A stretch of 64,000 nucleotides of DNA from Ylistrum balloti (lineage: Eukaryota). Where the stretch lies: NCBI RefSeq assembly GCF_031769215.1, contig NW_026781931.1, positions 434,001 through 498,000 of the forward strand. The letters are read 5' to 3'. The translations under genes were made by a program, and so were the position numbers. The notes beneath the pieces are model-generated. The model did not search any database. It worked only from the letters and a program-made list of their open reading frames with translations, and was not told where the DNA came from. Positions 1-13,191 of this stretch are shown piece after piece (position 1 is the stretch's first letter; every line of letters begins with the position of its first letter).

Positions 1-129
1 CAGCAACTTTAAGGAGAGATATATCTTTTTAATAACTAGGTCAAGGTCACTGATTTCATATGGGTCAAAGTTCACATTTATATAGAATCATGCCAAAACC
101 AAACTGCTAACCTACACGTGCGTACCTAC

Positions 130-250
130 CCTGGTTCACTGATGATGCGAACGTAATCTTCATTGTCTTTTGTCTTTTTCTTGAATTGAATGCATGTTCG
201 TTCACTGATGTGTTTCATAGCACGCTTGGCTGCTTTTCTAGCAAGGGGGT
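130..250 (-). CDS. Astacin metalloprotease catalytic-domain exon (gene continues beyond position 1)
   Basis: Acceptor tgtgtgttgtag|, donor AGG|GTAGGT; 121 nt encoding PLARKAAKRAMKHISERTCIQFKKKTKDNEDYVRIISEPG, matching the astacin AMxHxxxxTCIxF...DYVxI...GC(WS) segment. The HExxHxxGxxH zinc motif lies outside the window. Confidence 0.93.
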
Positions 251-470
251 CTACAACACACACATATAAATATGAATCTACAAATAGATATGTAACAATG
301 ATGAATTCTTTCCATATTAATTGACGATTTCAAATTGAAATTCTCAAATTAGAATCATATTACCAAACAGGTCAATAAGTACGGAAGTATAATTTTTTAA
401 CGATGAGTTTAACAGTATCATTTTTTTTCCTCATAAACCACCATTTCCGGATACCAGAAACGCAGTGATT

Positions 471-735
471 ACTTCCGGTGTGGTTAGCAGGGCGATGCCA
501 GGCGTGTCACGTCATCCGTTTTACTATAGTTCCACCCAGGAAACAACAAAGATGGCGGTGGTGATACGGGTGTACATTCCGTTTGTGAACAAAGCGTGAA
601 ATACACGTATATCAACATCGGTTTTATAGTCTGTATTTTCACGCCTAAATTATCAGCTTTTTGACAGACAACAGATTCGGCAGACAAGTATATGTATTGT
701 TATCGTTTAATGTCGACACGCGCCTGTCGGTAAGT
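471..735 (+). promoter_or_regulatory. Candidate housekeeping-type promoter and first exon, antisense within an astacin intron
   Basis: ETS site ACTTCCGGT (471-479), ATF/CRE-like TGTCACGTCAT (505-515), YY1 AAGATGGCGG (549-558) and donor TCG|GTAAGT (730-735) in a locally CpG-richer patch. No downstream exon identified. Confidence 0.4.
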
Positions 736-1161
736 GATGTATAGACCGATTATAATGATATTTCTGTGAAAGTGTTGTGTCCTTAAAATTGTACGGACAG
801 TACCTAATAGTACTTTTTCATGGGTCATTGGCTCGCTGTATTTAAGGGTCAATAAGTTGATAATACCTCATCGTCATTCAACCTTACCATTATATCCCAA
901 CCCACATCAAAATGTTGGACATCGCGTCACCCTAAAGGAAGTTACATTCTGTAAATAAGTAGCTTGTCCTTTTACAGTTTCCTACTTTAACAGTAGGGTG
1001 TCTTCAGATTAACATCACGTTGATTTCAACTTTAATACCACAAATAATATAATATTCAAGTATATAATACTGGATACAAATGAATGTTTGATTGTAAACG
1101 AGTTACCATTCATTTGAGGTATAGACAAAACCAAGAGCATCAGTGGAATAAAATCACTTAC

Positions 1162-1323
1162 TTATTCCCCTGTCAAACAGGAAATAAACCACACCGTCCT
1201 TCCATAGATTATCACGGTTCCGGACCGTGGCTCGTTTCCTTCGTCGTCCTCCCGCCGAACCAAATATAATTTGTTCCGAGTACGGGTCAAGGACGATGTC
1301 GCCATTATAGAAAATACTCCCAG
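1162..1323 (-). CDS. Astacin metalloprotease exon: pro-peptide Asp switch, furin site, start of catalytic domain
   Basis: Acceptor catctcactttcag|, donor TAA|GTAAGT; 162 nt phase 1-1 encoding GSIFYNGDIVLDPYSEQIIFGSAGGRRRKRATVRNRDNLWKDGVVYFLFDRGI. FYNGDI matches the astacin F-x-GDI Asp switch, RRRKR|A is a furin site and LWxDGVVxY/F is the astacin N-terminal signature. Confidence 0.93.
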   Translation of the reverse strand: MGVFSIMATSSLTRTRNKLYLVRREDDEGNEPRSGTVIIYGRTVWFISCLTGE

Positions 1324-1434
1324 CTGAAAGTGAGATGAACCCGATATTAGTATGACAGACTGTTTTAAGTCCCGGGTAATGTTTTGTTATTCAACAAGTA
1401 AAGACGTTGTATTACAACAAACATATATACTTAC

Positions 1435-1509
1435 CAGTACCTCTCGGACGTTTTGGTACATCTTCGCCACCTTCGTCAGACGAAAAACATAAAGATGGAG
1501 GACAAATAT
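1435..1509 (-). CDS. Astacin metalloprotease pro-region exon (75 nt, phase 1-1)
   Basis: Acceptor ttttttcttctcgttcttttcacag|, donor CTG|GTAAGT; open frame (x)ICPPSLCFSSDEGGEDVPKRPRGT that joins in frame to exon 1162-1323. Confidence 0.85.
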
Positions 1510-1809
1510 CTGTGAAAAGAACGAGAAGAAAAAACAATGTTTATTGTTTTCACGAGAAAGGCATGGACGCATTCGTATAAAATTAATCATCTATAGACCG
1601 GACACTGCAGAATTTTTAAATCTAAATACGTGTTATTTGTAAGAAATGTGATTCCTGGTCACAAAGGTACAGATGACACAGTGATCACGTCAGGGACTTT
1701 ATGTCGATGTTAGATTAAGGTATTATGATGACATAATCACATTCTTAAACCACTTCCCGTTTCTATGAACTCAAAAATGAATCAGTCATGAGAAATATGA
1801 CGTCAATAA

Positions 1810-1905
1810 TGTAGATTTTTTGGACAGGTAAACCAACAATGTTGATTTTTTAAACAGGTAAACTCATCAATGTCGATTTTTTTGAACAGGTAAACCCATC
1901 AATGT
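1810..1905. repeat. Degenerate ~33-bp tandem repeat x3
   Basis: tgt(c/t/a)gattttttNNacaggtaaacNNNNcaa repeated three times. Confidence 0.75.
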
Positions 1906-2593
1906 TCTGAGCTGTACGTGTCATGAATCCACGTACCACCGAAACTATGGGGATGGTACAAAGAGGTTTCACTAAGGCAATACCTTCACACAATATCACG
2001 TGCACAGAATTTTCAAACAATACAAAAGAAAATCAATCTGCTTGGTTTTTTATTGTTCAGTGTGATATTTACATTTCAGTGTACATACTACATAGGCCGA
2101 GATCCTGGTGCGTCTGGGAATACCATTCTGTTAATATCATAGATTTATAAATCTCATGGGATTCTGTAAACCTATCATGTCACCAACATACCCCACCGAC
2201 CTACACTGGAGTACACTTAAAACTCTATATTACTATTGGTAATATTTAACATTCGTGTCAAATTTTTGTTTGCATTTCGTATCAAAATGCCAAAGGTCAG
2301 AATAATTTGACCCGTCGTTTGACCACTTGACCAAACATTAGCCAGGACAATCTCGGATGCGTGTATACAGCGGGGATCGATATTGTAGAAGACAAACCGC
2401 CGTAATCGTGCCTGTGTCTTCATCATAACATGCTACAGAACATGGCAATGAAAATAAAAACCTATTACACACTAACGACCGATATTTTGAAGGAAATTCG
2501 ACTTTCCATAGCTTATTACTGAAGCATTAATTGATGGAGTTTTCGGTTGTATGGAGGTGATTATGATAGTTTACCCTTATTAAGAAGTAATAA

Positions 2594-3390
2594 GTAGAGC
2601 TTATCATTATTTAGGGATTATCAGTAGAGCTTATCATTATTTAGGGATTATCAGTAGAGCTTATCATTATTTAGGGATTATCAGTAGAGCTTATCATTAT
2701 TTAGAGGTAATCAGTAGAGCTTACCATTATTTAGAGGTAATCGGGAGAGCTTGCCGTTATTTAGAGGTAATCGGGAGAGCTTGCCGTTATTTAGAGGTAA
2801 TCGGTAGAGCTTACCATTATTCAGAGGTAATCGGGAGAGCTTACCGTTATTTAGAGGTAATCGGGAGAGCTTACCATTATTTAGAGGTATTCGGGAGAGC
2901 TTACCGTTATTTAGAGGTAATCGGTAGAGCTTACCGTTATTTACAGGTAATCGGTAGAGCTTACCATTATTTAGAGGTAATCGGGAGAGCTTACCGTTAT
3001 TTACAGGTAATCGGGAGAGCTTACCGTTATTTACAGGTAATCGGTAGAGCTTACCATTATTTAGAGGTATTCGGGAGAGCTTACCATTATTTAGAGGTAT
3101 TCGGGAGAGCTTACCATTATTTAGAGGTAATCGGGAGAGCTTACCGTTATTTAGAGGTAATCGGGAGAGCTTACCGTTATTTAGAGGTATTCGGGAGAGC
3201 TTACCATTATTTTGAGGTATTCGGGAGAGCTTACCGTTATTTAGAGGTATTCGGGAGAGCTTACCATTATTTAGAGGTATTCGGGAGAGCTTACCATTAT
3301 TTTGAGGTATTCGGGAGAGCTTACCATTATTTGAAGGTAAATCAGTGGAGCGTATCACTATTTAGAGGTAATAATTAGAGATTATCATCA
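2594..3390. repeat. 30-bp minisatellite (~26 copies) in astacin intron
   Basis: Unit attatttagaggtaatcgggagagcttacc; explains the NNGKLSRIPL repeat ORF at 2711-3358. Confidence 0.97.
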
Positions 3391-4812
3391 CATATTACTA
3401 ACAGATTGTACGCAGATAGTAAGTAAACATTTTTATGATACAGCTGGTCAATGTGTGCACACATATATATAACTTATACATGGTGTTTACACTTATTATG
3501 TCCGGAGTGCTTATCCTTATGAATGGTTTATCAAAAGAAACTACCTTGATATGTAACAAAGAGAAAGATCAATAGAGAGTTAATTATTATATGTGACTTT
3601 TCAGTAGAATTTATCCTTTAAAGTACCGAAAAAATCAAACAAGAGAGCTTAGTTATCGAGAGAAATGACTCTAAATATGCTACAGTTATCAACTTGGTGT
3701 TAGGTTACATCCTGATTGATTAGTTTCCGTAGAAATTCTACACCGACCTATATACTGTTGAATTGTAGCATTATGACAGGTCTATCTGACATTGACAGTT
3801 ACCAGATATTAACTATAGGCTAAGTTTACAACAAATCATGTTCGCCTAGTTTATTTTCTAAACACTCATCAACGAGTCATTGGAGCACGTCTCATTTATA
3901 CCGAGGTAAGAGTCATGTAAAAATGTCCACCATACAAGGAACATTTTAAAGGAATATATCATTTAATGAAGTTAGCAGTGACTGGTGAAAGAAAAAAAAA
4001 CCGTTCAAAGTAATTAAATGGATCATCCAAGCAATTGCTTTCAAACATTTCTCATTAACAAAATATCTCGAACAACAGAACCGTGATCAGTAAGCGGTGT
4101 CCAACAAAGTGAAAAATTTGGAAAATCCTAGATTTAGAATTGACAATAGCTTGCGAAACTAGATACATGTACTTTAACAGATAAAAGGGAACTTAAAAAC
4201 TGGTAAAGTATATAGATCAGTATCAAATCCCTGGTAGTATACACATGTTACATGGTGACGAAAACTTTCACGCAATATGCAACAGTGTCTTATAACCTCT
4301 TCGTGTCATTTTGTATAAAGAAGAATTCTATCGGCACATCTAGACAGAAACTATCAATGAACGCACTCGTCTTTTATGAATATCCTATGCATAGTAGGGC
4401 AATTTTTTTCTTCATTACTCAGCAAAACCTACAGGTGCTCCGTATTCTATAACGAGTGTAGAAACTGGCTCTAATACACACTCAAATCCAATTACTACTA
4501 TTTGAAAGGAAACTTCCTCGGGTGAATATTACGTCTACTTATGACAGTTGTGATAAGGTATGTGGCAAACCCATGAAATCCTGATAAAGATGGGACATTT
4601 GAAAGTCAAATAGTGCTTGTCTACAGATATAAAATGTTAAAGGATATTTCGTCAATATGATAGAGGTAATAGATAACGATTGCACATAGAAGTCATTACG
4701 ATATATGGAACGTCAAGTATTACAATAATACTCATCAAGTATGAGTTTGATGCTACTTCCAAAATAACGGAGAATATTTCAATGAAGTACAGAGAGTAAT
4801 GAGTATACATAC

Positions 4813-5011
4813 TGCTGTTTAGCTGCCAGAAATCCCAGTGTTTGGACCGCCTCTGTCGTACATGCACAATTATCCTAGCTGTCGGTTTCTTATGGTCCAG
4901 TTCCGGAACGGCCAGTGGTGCTGTAGTTACCGGAAGTGACAACCAAAAGGCTATGTTCAAACATCCCCACACAATTATGTGCAAAACTGTTCTCTCGCCT
5001 TTACCAAACAT
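4813..5011 (-). CDS. Astacin-family metalloprotease, probable first coding exon (signal peptide and start of pro-region)
   Basis: ATG at 5011 gives MFGKGERTVLHIIVWGCLNIAFWLSLPVTTAPLAVPELDHKKPTARIIVHVRQRRSKHWDFWQLNS: hydrophobic signal-like stretch ending VTT-AP, RQRR basic site, then donor GCA|GTATGT in phase 1, matching the phase-1 acceptor of exon 1435-1509. Linkage to the astacin exons is inferred from strand, phase and the need for a signal peptide; intervening exons are possible. Confidence 0.7.
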
Positions 5012-5951
5012 CTTTCTGGCAGACTGGGTCAAGTTATTTTAATGTCGGAAGTTCAGCTTCTCTACTAATGAGTGTAACACGCGAGCTACTGCACTGGAGC
5101 AATACTGTGAGAATACTAACCTGAACCCTCTATAACAAATAATACCAGATATAGTTATATAATCCAACACACATCTACACTACACAGACTGTTTACATTA
5201 TCAGCGATATTAAACCAAATAAAACCCCTAGTCTTAAAGTATTGTCTGTCCAGTCCTCTCCCTACTGTCACCTCGTTCCGTTTGAGTCGGAATGACGGAT
5301 ACGGTGAAACACGTGTGTTTATATAGACTGAACGACAGTACATAGAAAACTGGAGCAGCATTGTGTGAATTTCTTTACGTCATGTTTTCACCTATACATT
5401 TTTATGTTTATAAGAGATTACTGACGAGCTTTAATGACCAGTTTTATCATTGGGAGACAGTAAGTATATTCCAGGTCAAGAGTTCAAACGGGTTCGTGTA
5501 GGAGGCCTGGAGATATTGTCATTGGGTTGAAAAATAACAAGAGTTGTCAATCAACGATGACAGTGGCCACCCTTACAGAAGGTATGTCAGTATGTATCGG
5601 CCCTATTCACTAAAACTTGCGGGAAGAATGGTCCTGTTCTAATTGTGAAGCTTTATAATCCCCGGACAAGCTTTCAACATCCAAAAGGAAAAAATGGACT
5701 AAAATAAATATTAAACCTATTACATAGTCAACGTTCGACATATACACACGAACAGTGTCATGTCAGAATTCTGTCGGAGCACCATAATAACCTAATAATT
5801 TCCGTCGACGTTAGCGGAAGTTGTGACAAATTAAAATTGATTTTTAGAATATTTATCAATAACTGTAATGCCCAGTAACCGATGTCGAATGTCTCGGTTT
5901 ATTTCGCTGTCCCGTAGAAAAGTGGACAATGTGTGGCCTACATTTACAGTA

Positions 5952-6099
5952 AACTTTCGGTACTCTGAATATCGTCACACATGGGAGGTATACTTTCGGT
6001 ACTCTGAATATCGTCACACATGAGAGGTATACTTTCGGTACTCTGAATATCGTCACACATGAGAGGTATACTTTCGGTACTCTGAATATCGTCACACAT
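5952..6099. repeat. 39-bp tandem repeat (~4 copies)
   Basis: Unit tatactttcggtactctgaatatcgtcacacatgagagg. Confidence 0.95.
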
Positions 6100-7642
6100 T
6101 CTGACATAAACTCCCATAATATCAGACAAAGTCTCGCTTTAAAGTTTTCTTCTATAACATTAGAATTTAGCTTTGTTTCTGATAATTCTACATGACCTCC
6201 CACACACCCTTGTTTCCCGGAGGTCGTGTAGTCTATGCCAATACCTCAACTTTGGAACCACTGGTGTACATTGTAGTGTATGTATGGACAATAACAATGT
6301 CCACGGTCTTTTGATACTAATTAGGTATACCTCCCAAGATGGCGTGAGAAAGAGGAACCTATTTGTGACGTCATCGGACCATTTACGTTTGAAAACCATC
6401 ATCTTCTCTGCTAAAGTAAACAAAACAATGTGAATATGTCTTGGGAAACTGTACCACACCCACTGTAGTAGATAACGCGCGACCTTCGTCAACTTCATTG
6501 ATAAAGAGTTAAACGATTCCACGAGATGGCGTTAAACTTTTGTTTGTACTTTTCTATTACTATCTTCCTGTGTTTAATGTTGGAATGGAGGTTGAGAAGG
6601 CAGTTACTGGTTTTACTTTCTCTGATATTGACAGAGAGACAGATAATAAAGAATTAATAGGTCTGTTATTTACGGAATACCATTCTTTAATTAAATAACG
6701 TACACAAAATAATTAGCAGGAACCTAGCATCAGAAAATTGGGGTTCCGGATTATTGTGAACCTGAAATACATTGCTGTCTATAGTTCTTGTTCGACAGGA
6801 CCAATGACCAAAACCTGTGATAACAATATCCATATGTAGCCTATTGACCAAACGAGTTTAAATAATGATAAGTTATGTTTACCTACAGAGGTAGGTACAA
6901 ATAGTAATAAATCCCCTCCACACACACACACGCCTATAAACCCCATATACACGGAGGACACAGCATACCACATATCGACTATGTCTTATTACGGTCGGAT
7001 GACCTTGACATTGGTCTAACGTCTACATTTGGTATATACAGAGAAGGTGTATAAAACATGTCTTACTCTGGCGAGGTTAATGAAAGTCAAGTGATGAGTT
7101 TCATAAATCTCATATAAAATGGAAACGGATACAAGATTCTGTTCATCACATTACTTATAAGTAGATATTTTTACAAACTTTCCTGAAAAGCCGTTTATAA
7201 GATTGATACTAAGGCTAAATTGGCGGTGTGTTGGGGTTTGTTCACTGATAACAGAGCAGTTACACGATATTTATATTTATTCATTAAATCATATAGGAAT
7301 TTGTTTCATTTAATATACTGAGCAATACATATGAAAATCTATCAACGTATGCATTTTCATTGATTCAAACACAGTTGTGTTTCATTTTAACCTAAGGTTT
7401 CGGACAAAAGGAACTGGAATACTTGCCAAGAGAGAATGATGAATATTAACGAAAGGAAATAAGTAGGGTGTAATAACCCCTAGAGCTCTTTGACCAGGTG
7501 TTTAGATCAATGACCTTATCGAGTGATCAACTAATTTACACCTCACATGATATACACACCCGTCTTTCATCTGTCTTACATAATGCTCTTAAAATGTCAT
7601 TGAAATCAGTTGGAAGTATCAACCCCCGGCTTTAAACCAATC

Positions 7643-7702
7643 TGTTACAAAACCTTAATTGTTACAAAACCTTAATTGTTACAAAACCTCAATTGTTACA
7701 AA
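7643..7702. repeat. 17-bp tandem repeat (~3.5 copies)
   Basis: Unit ttgttacaaaaccttaa. Confidence 0.85.
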
Positions 7703-10519
7703 ATATATCTAGTCTAGAGGGAGTGAAGTTGTGTTATAGTGACGTTGTATCATCGGCCGTAGAACTGCGATATTAGGGAAGGATTGTAATACATCGAGCT
7801 GGGAAGAACATGTTTAACGAAAGTCTGGAGATCGCCTTTTCCAAACATATATTTGAATTCCTACATAAACAATAACTTATCAGCCTTGGACCACTTCTCT
7901 AAAGAGCATACAGCTACAGATGTTTAAATACAATAAATAAATGTAGATTGTAATAACGGCGTGTCATACACTGGACTTCACTAATACTTTTGTCATTGAG
8001 TTACAGAGTCGTACAATAGTTAGAAAAATTAAAATATAACATTATCGGCTTACATCAAACATCACTAATAATCACACAAGTGAATATCTTGATATATTCT
8101 TCAATCTATAGTAAACTATTATCCTACATTTCGAAATGAAATGGTTTTCACCATAACGTAAACTACAACTAATGCCTATTAAAATAGCCTAACATTTGGA
8201 AGTCCATCGGAAATGCATTCAATATGGGTATATTTAGTGTCGTGATAACCGTTTACTTCAGTTCAGTATTAGCTCATCAGTTATCTCACTTCCGTAACAT
8301 ACTTCTAACCACTGTTCTATACTGAAACTTCTACACCACTTAAGTCATTTTTGATCAGCCAACGAGATATCACTGTCCTTCCTACTGCTAACGACATGTT
8401 TGACTCAATGATCACGGTAAATATTTATTGTTGGAGAAAAAAAATGTGCGCAATTTGGTTAATGTTGTTGATGTAAAATATTCAGTAAGAAATTTATTTT
8501 TACTTTGCTATTATGTATTGTATTGTTCACAAATGTGCAACCCTTATATCTAACGTCCATGGGTGTCAAAAGAAATGGGCAAGCTTATTCGGAAAGGGAA
8601 GCACGCGCACAAGAGAGTCAAGCGTATCAGATACAATGCTCGTTGATTAACGACGAGTCCAAGCTTGTTGGTCCGGTGATTTTTTTGTGTGTCCTGTCGG
8701 ACGTTGATGATACTAATTCTTACCTCCCTTGTATTGATGGAACTACCGACATTATTTCAACTGATAACAACTACAAATATTGCAGACGCTAAACATTTCA
8801 AAGCTATTGGTCCAGTGTTAGTGAACCCTCAGTTACTTAAGGGAGACATAAATACTCTATGTACACCCATAGGCAGTCTTTTATTATAAATCTCTCAATT
8901 TTAGTGTTTCGCAATAAATAGAAATTATTGGAAACTTTACATCAGTACATAAACTAGACAACAAGTATCTTTATCAATTGCAGACCAATTTCGTTAGATT
9001 TCACAGTTACGACTAAATTGATGTGGTGTTGTGTTTTAAAGTACAAGTATGTGCTAATTTCTCATATATTCATTCGCCCTTTCGCCCTTGTCATCTTATC
9101 AATAAGAGTTTAAGCTTGGTGGTACACCAATCAACTTCTTACTACCATCGGTACATTTACACGTGATAGAGTCCAAGAATCACAATTGGTCTTTCGCGAT
9201 GTTAGTAAAACCTCCGATCGGGATTGGCACAAGGACTACAAACTTTCTATCTTCAGAATGGTCTTGAAAATGGAAATAAAAGCACATTTAAGATACTATT
9301 CATCACCTATAACTCTAAAAAAAAGTTTTAACTCGAAATATGGAGGACAAAATCAAATGGGGGCGACCATTATGTTGGGCAATTTTCGCTTTATGACATC
9401 ACAATCGATTTCTGAGTGGCGGAGCTAATGACAAACACTCCAAGGGTCGAATTTACTGGATAACAGGGATTACTTAATAAATCATACAATATTCTGTTTA
9501 TCACAAAACTTTATTTGTTACACCCCAACTTTTATGTGCTGAATCGTAGATTTGGACGATACGTGGTATTACAACAGTGTGTGTTTTATTGTTATTTTAC
9601 TCATCATTCATCTTTTTTATGTATACGGAAACAGTTTCCGGTTCATATCACAAAGGAAATCTTATTTCTAAACTTCAATTTTGTAATACCCTGAAATCAA
9701 TGGTTCTATAATAGGACCGTGACGACCCACTAATGTGGTCAGAAGTTTAAATGAAGCGTTCTCTCATATATAGCAGCTGATCTCATAATGACTCTTTAGG
9801 CGGGAATAAATGCGGAGTCGATGATTCAATGGCAACGAAACATTCCATTTCCGGAAATGAGGTTACCCGACTTCCGATCTATGGAATATTATCTATCATG
9901 TCTCATATAATGTTTCACGTCTATATCAGTGTTACTGAAGTATATACAACGAAGCTGAGAGTGTGAAAATCTCGAGTACAAAAGGCCATTTATGTTTCTT
10001 TATGGTTAAATACCCTTGGTTGGTTTTCTTTTCACGTCTCTGGCCTAGATCGAGTTATTTACTCGGGTCACATTAAAAGACATCTGGCACAATAGTACAC
10101 CTATTGAAATATCACCGGCATAACCTCAACTATTGTTATCTATGGTATATATCTTAATTTAACGTTAAATACGTTTTCCAAATGGCAGCACATTTGGGTC
10201 ATCGTAAATATACAGTAAACCATATAAAAAAAACTAGTGTTAAAAAATCACATGTAATATTTTTTATATCGATATTCAGTGGAACTCCGCGGATTCTGTT
10301 AATTCTCAATACTTGTTATTCGTATTGTTTGATTAGATTCTAATTACATTACTATTGGCTGTGATAAAAGAAAGCTCAACACTGAAACATCACCGATAAC
10401 AAGGAAAAACAAGCGTTCCTGATATATGTACAGAGTTTCCTAGTAGAAATCATTGAATGGTTTTCAAGATACAGCATGGAAAAGCTTACAATCAGTGGAT
10501 TTTGTGTTTCTTGCAATTC

Positions 10520-10597
10520 GTTTCCATGGTAACCGAGACAACATTATGTCACCAATAACCTAAGTAGCGCTCTCGCCTGATTTGTTTCCACGGTAAC
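10520..10597. promoter_or_regulatory. Pair of RFX X-box-like motifs in a 64-bp degenerate duplication
   Basis: GTTTCCATGGTAAC (10520-10533) and GTTTCCACGGTAAC (10584-10597), each followed by cgagacaacat. Confidence 0.35.
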
Positions 10598-10869
10598 CGA
10601 GACAACATCATAAATGACATCTCTTCCATAGACAGAGAGTAGCTCTCTAGCCTGATATTTATAATCAGTTTTGTAGAGGTTTCCAAGTTGTCACTCATCG
10701 GACGAATGGACGTAGCCCAAATTTGATAACAAAACAACACAGTTTATAGGGGATACAAAAACACAGAATTTACCAAAGTCATTCTATGATTGGTTGGTCG
10801 TAACGACATGGAACATAATTGATTGGCTGTATCAGAAATAATAATCGATTGCTTGTTATCGATATATTA

Positions 10870-11310
10870 AGATAAGAATTGATTGGATGAAATAGAGATA
10901 TTAATGGATTGGTTGAAATAGAGATGAGGATTGATTGGTTGAAATAGAGATGAGGATTGATTGGTTGAAATAGAGATAAGGATTGATTGGTTGAAAGAGA
11001 GATGAGGATTGATTGGTTGAAATAGAGATGGATTGTTAGAAGTAGAGATAAGGATTGATTGGTTGAAATAGAGATGAGGATTGATTGGTTGAAATAGAGA
11101 TGGATTGTTAGAAGTAGAGATAAGGATTGATTGGTTGAAATAGAGATAAGGATTGATTGGTTGAAAGAGAGATGAGGATTGATTGGTTGAAATAGAGACG
11201 AGGATTGATTGGTTGAAAGAAGAGATAAGGATTGATTGGTTGAAATAAAAATGGATTGTTAGAAGAAGAGATAAGGATTGATTGGTTGAAATAGAGACCA
11301 GAGATAATGT
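10870..11310. repeat. ~26-bp purine-rich minisatellite
   Basis: Unit gattgattggttgaaatagagat(g/a)ag with interspersed ggattgttagaag variants. Confidence 0.95.
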
Positions 11311-13191
11311 TTTATTGATTCTGATACCAAATATTAGCACAGCACTGCCGTAACCGTATATTGAAAAAGATAATAAAGTTCTTATTGTTTATTAAAAAAC
11401 CTCCCATGTTTTGGTTTATTTGTAAACTAATATGAATTCGACATATTATGGTATATGAATGTAAGGGAGACAACTGTGAATAAATTGGATTTGCTTCTGT
11501 AGTTCCAGTGTACCGTCTTGAGTTTTTATTCATTTATACGCTGGACACGTAGTAAGGCATTTCCTACCGTTACGCAGCAAGTTAAGTCGACGTTTTTATT
11601 AGAATTTTGTTATTTTACCTACCTAGTCAATTGAAACTTAATTTTCTGCTCTACAATAGGACCTAGTCAACAATCAGACTTTAATTCATTCCGGGTACAA
11701 AGAGTGGTTGAAATCAAGGTCACCAGCTTATAAACGATACAGGTATATCTTTGACGTCATATTCAAATACCTGTGAGAAGCCTCGACATATATCTGGTTC
11801 TTCCCTTTCACACTAGTGGGAAATCCACTTACTAATGCCCACGATCCTATTTTCCGTCATTTTTGTGATTTTTAAAACAAGTACGATAAGTGCTTCTCCA
11901 ACAGTTTAAAAAAAATTAATCGATCCATCCTTAAATACATTGTTCGATATTGGTGCATTATTATATGATTTACCAGGTAAACAAGTATTCCCAAACGTAT
12001 ATGTCCTGGTCACAGATGTTATAGAGAAGCCGACTTTGGAACATATACAATGAGATATCTTATAAATAAAAAAGAATATTATAATTAACACCAGACCATC
12101 GCAGCACTCATTGGCGCTATATAGAAAGTATGATATTGTTCACACAAACACAAAATATCAACGGACTAGTTATTTAGATATAAATTCAGTAGAAATTTTA
12201 AACAAATGCGTCCTAAAAAGTTGATGAATAGTACAGATCGTTAACAGAGCTAATGTGAATCGGAAAAGAGGGTACACCATCAAGGGAACGACTCGAGGAC
12301 TCTCAGTGCAGACTTTTAACGATATGACAGTAAGGACATTAACAATGACGTCATAACTGTCCCCCTGACCTCCTTTATTATAATAATGTTAAATGAGATT
12401 TTAAGGGATATGATTTAGCAAATAAAGTTCGTTTGCCACCTACACTTAAACACCTGAGAAATTTCCTTGTAATTTAAAATATTTGGGAAAACCCGTAACT
12501 TGATACGTGTACGTCAAACATCGCCAAGACAGTAACTTGTACTCAATGGAACATCTTCCGAAAATATCGGTCATGTAGGTTCATATGTACCCAGTATTCT
12601 GATACTACCGTCACTGACATATCAGCCATAGAATTAATAAACAAAATTTCTACACACTATTCATTACTATCGGACATTTCTAAGTGGCTAAAACGTTTAT
12701 CAACAACCCTAAGAATTAAATCATATATATTTCATATACGCTCATCTCGTCTTCTAGAAAGACACGTGAAAAAAATGAATACCAACATTTCAAGAAAATC
12801 ATGATTTAAACTCAAATTCGATTAAAGTGTGGAAATCTATATATAATTGACCTCTGAAACGGTGAAAACGGAGAATAGGCCCATGTGTTCTGAAAAGGGC
12901 TAACGTCTTCTGCTTTATCAGCGGAAACTTAAAATTTGGAAAATATAAATCTTAATTAAAGTCACACCACTTCATGGAAAAATTGACCTGTTGGTGGTGT
13001 TGTAAGTAAATATCGAGATAGGAGATTTTAAGGCAAGACATTATCAATATAAAGTGATATTGACGTTTTAAGTTAGTTAATATCGTTGGTTTGCTCTATA
13101 AAAACTTTGATATAAAGTGAAAATGACTTATTTAATTAGCAAAAATTGGGGCTTTGTTATAGAAAATAGAATAGAAGTTCTTACAACATAA

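Noticed and set aside
2217-2432. Candidate astacin exon after the acceptor at 2432 (CYDEDTG...DCPG*CLVKWSNDGSNYS...)
   Set aside because: The phase-compatible frame contains a stop and no strong donor; kept only as a possibility.
2711-3358. 215-aa NNGKLSRIPL repeat ORF, plus similar repeat ORFs at 10867, 14671-15991, 35490-36078, 37167-38058 and 58053
   Set aside because: All are frame read-throughs of intronic or intergenic minisatellites.
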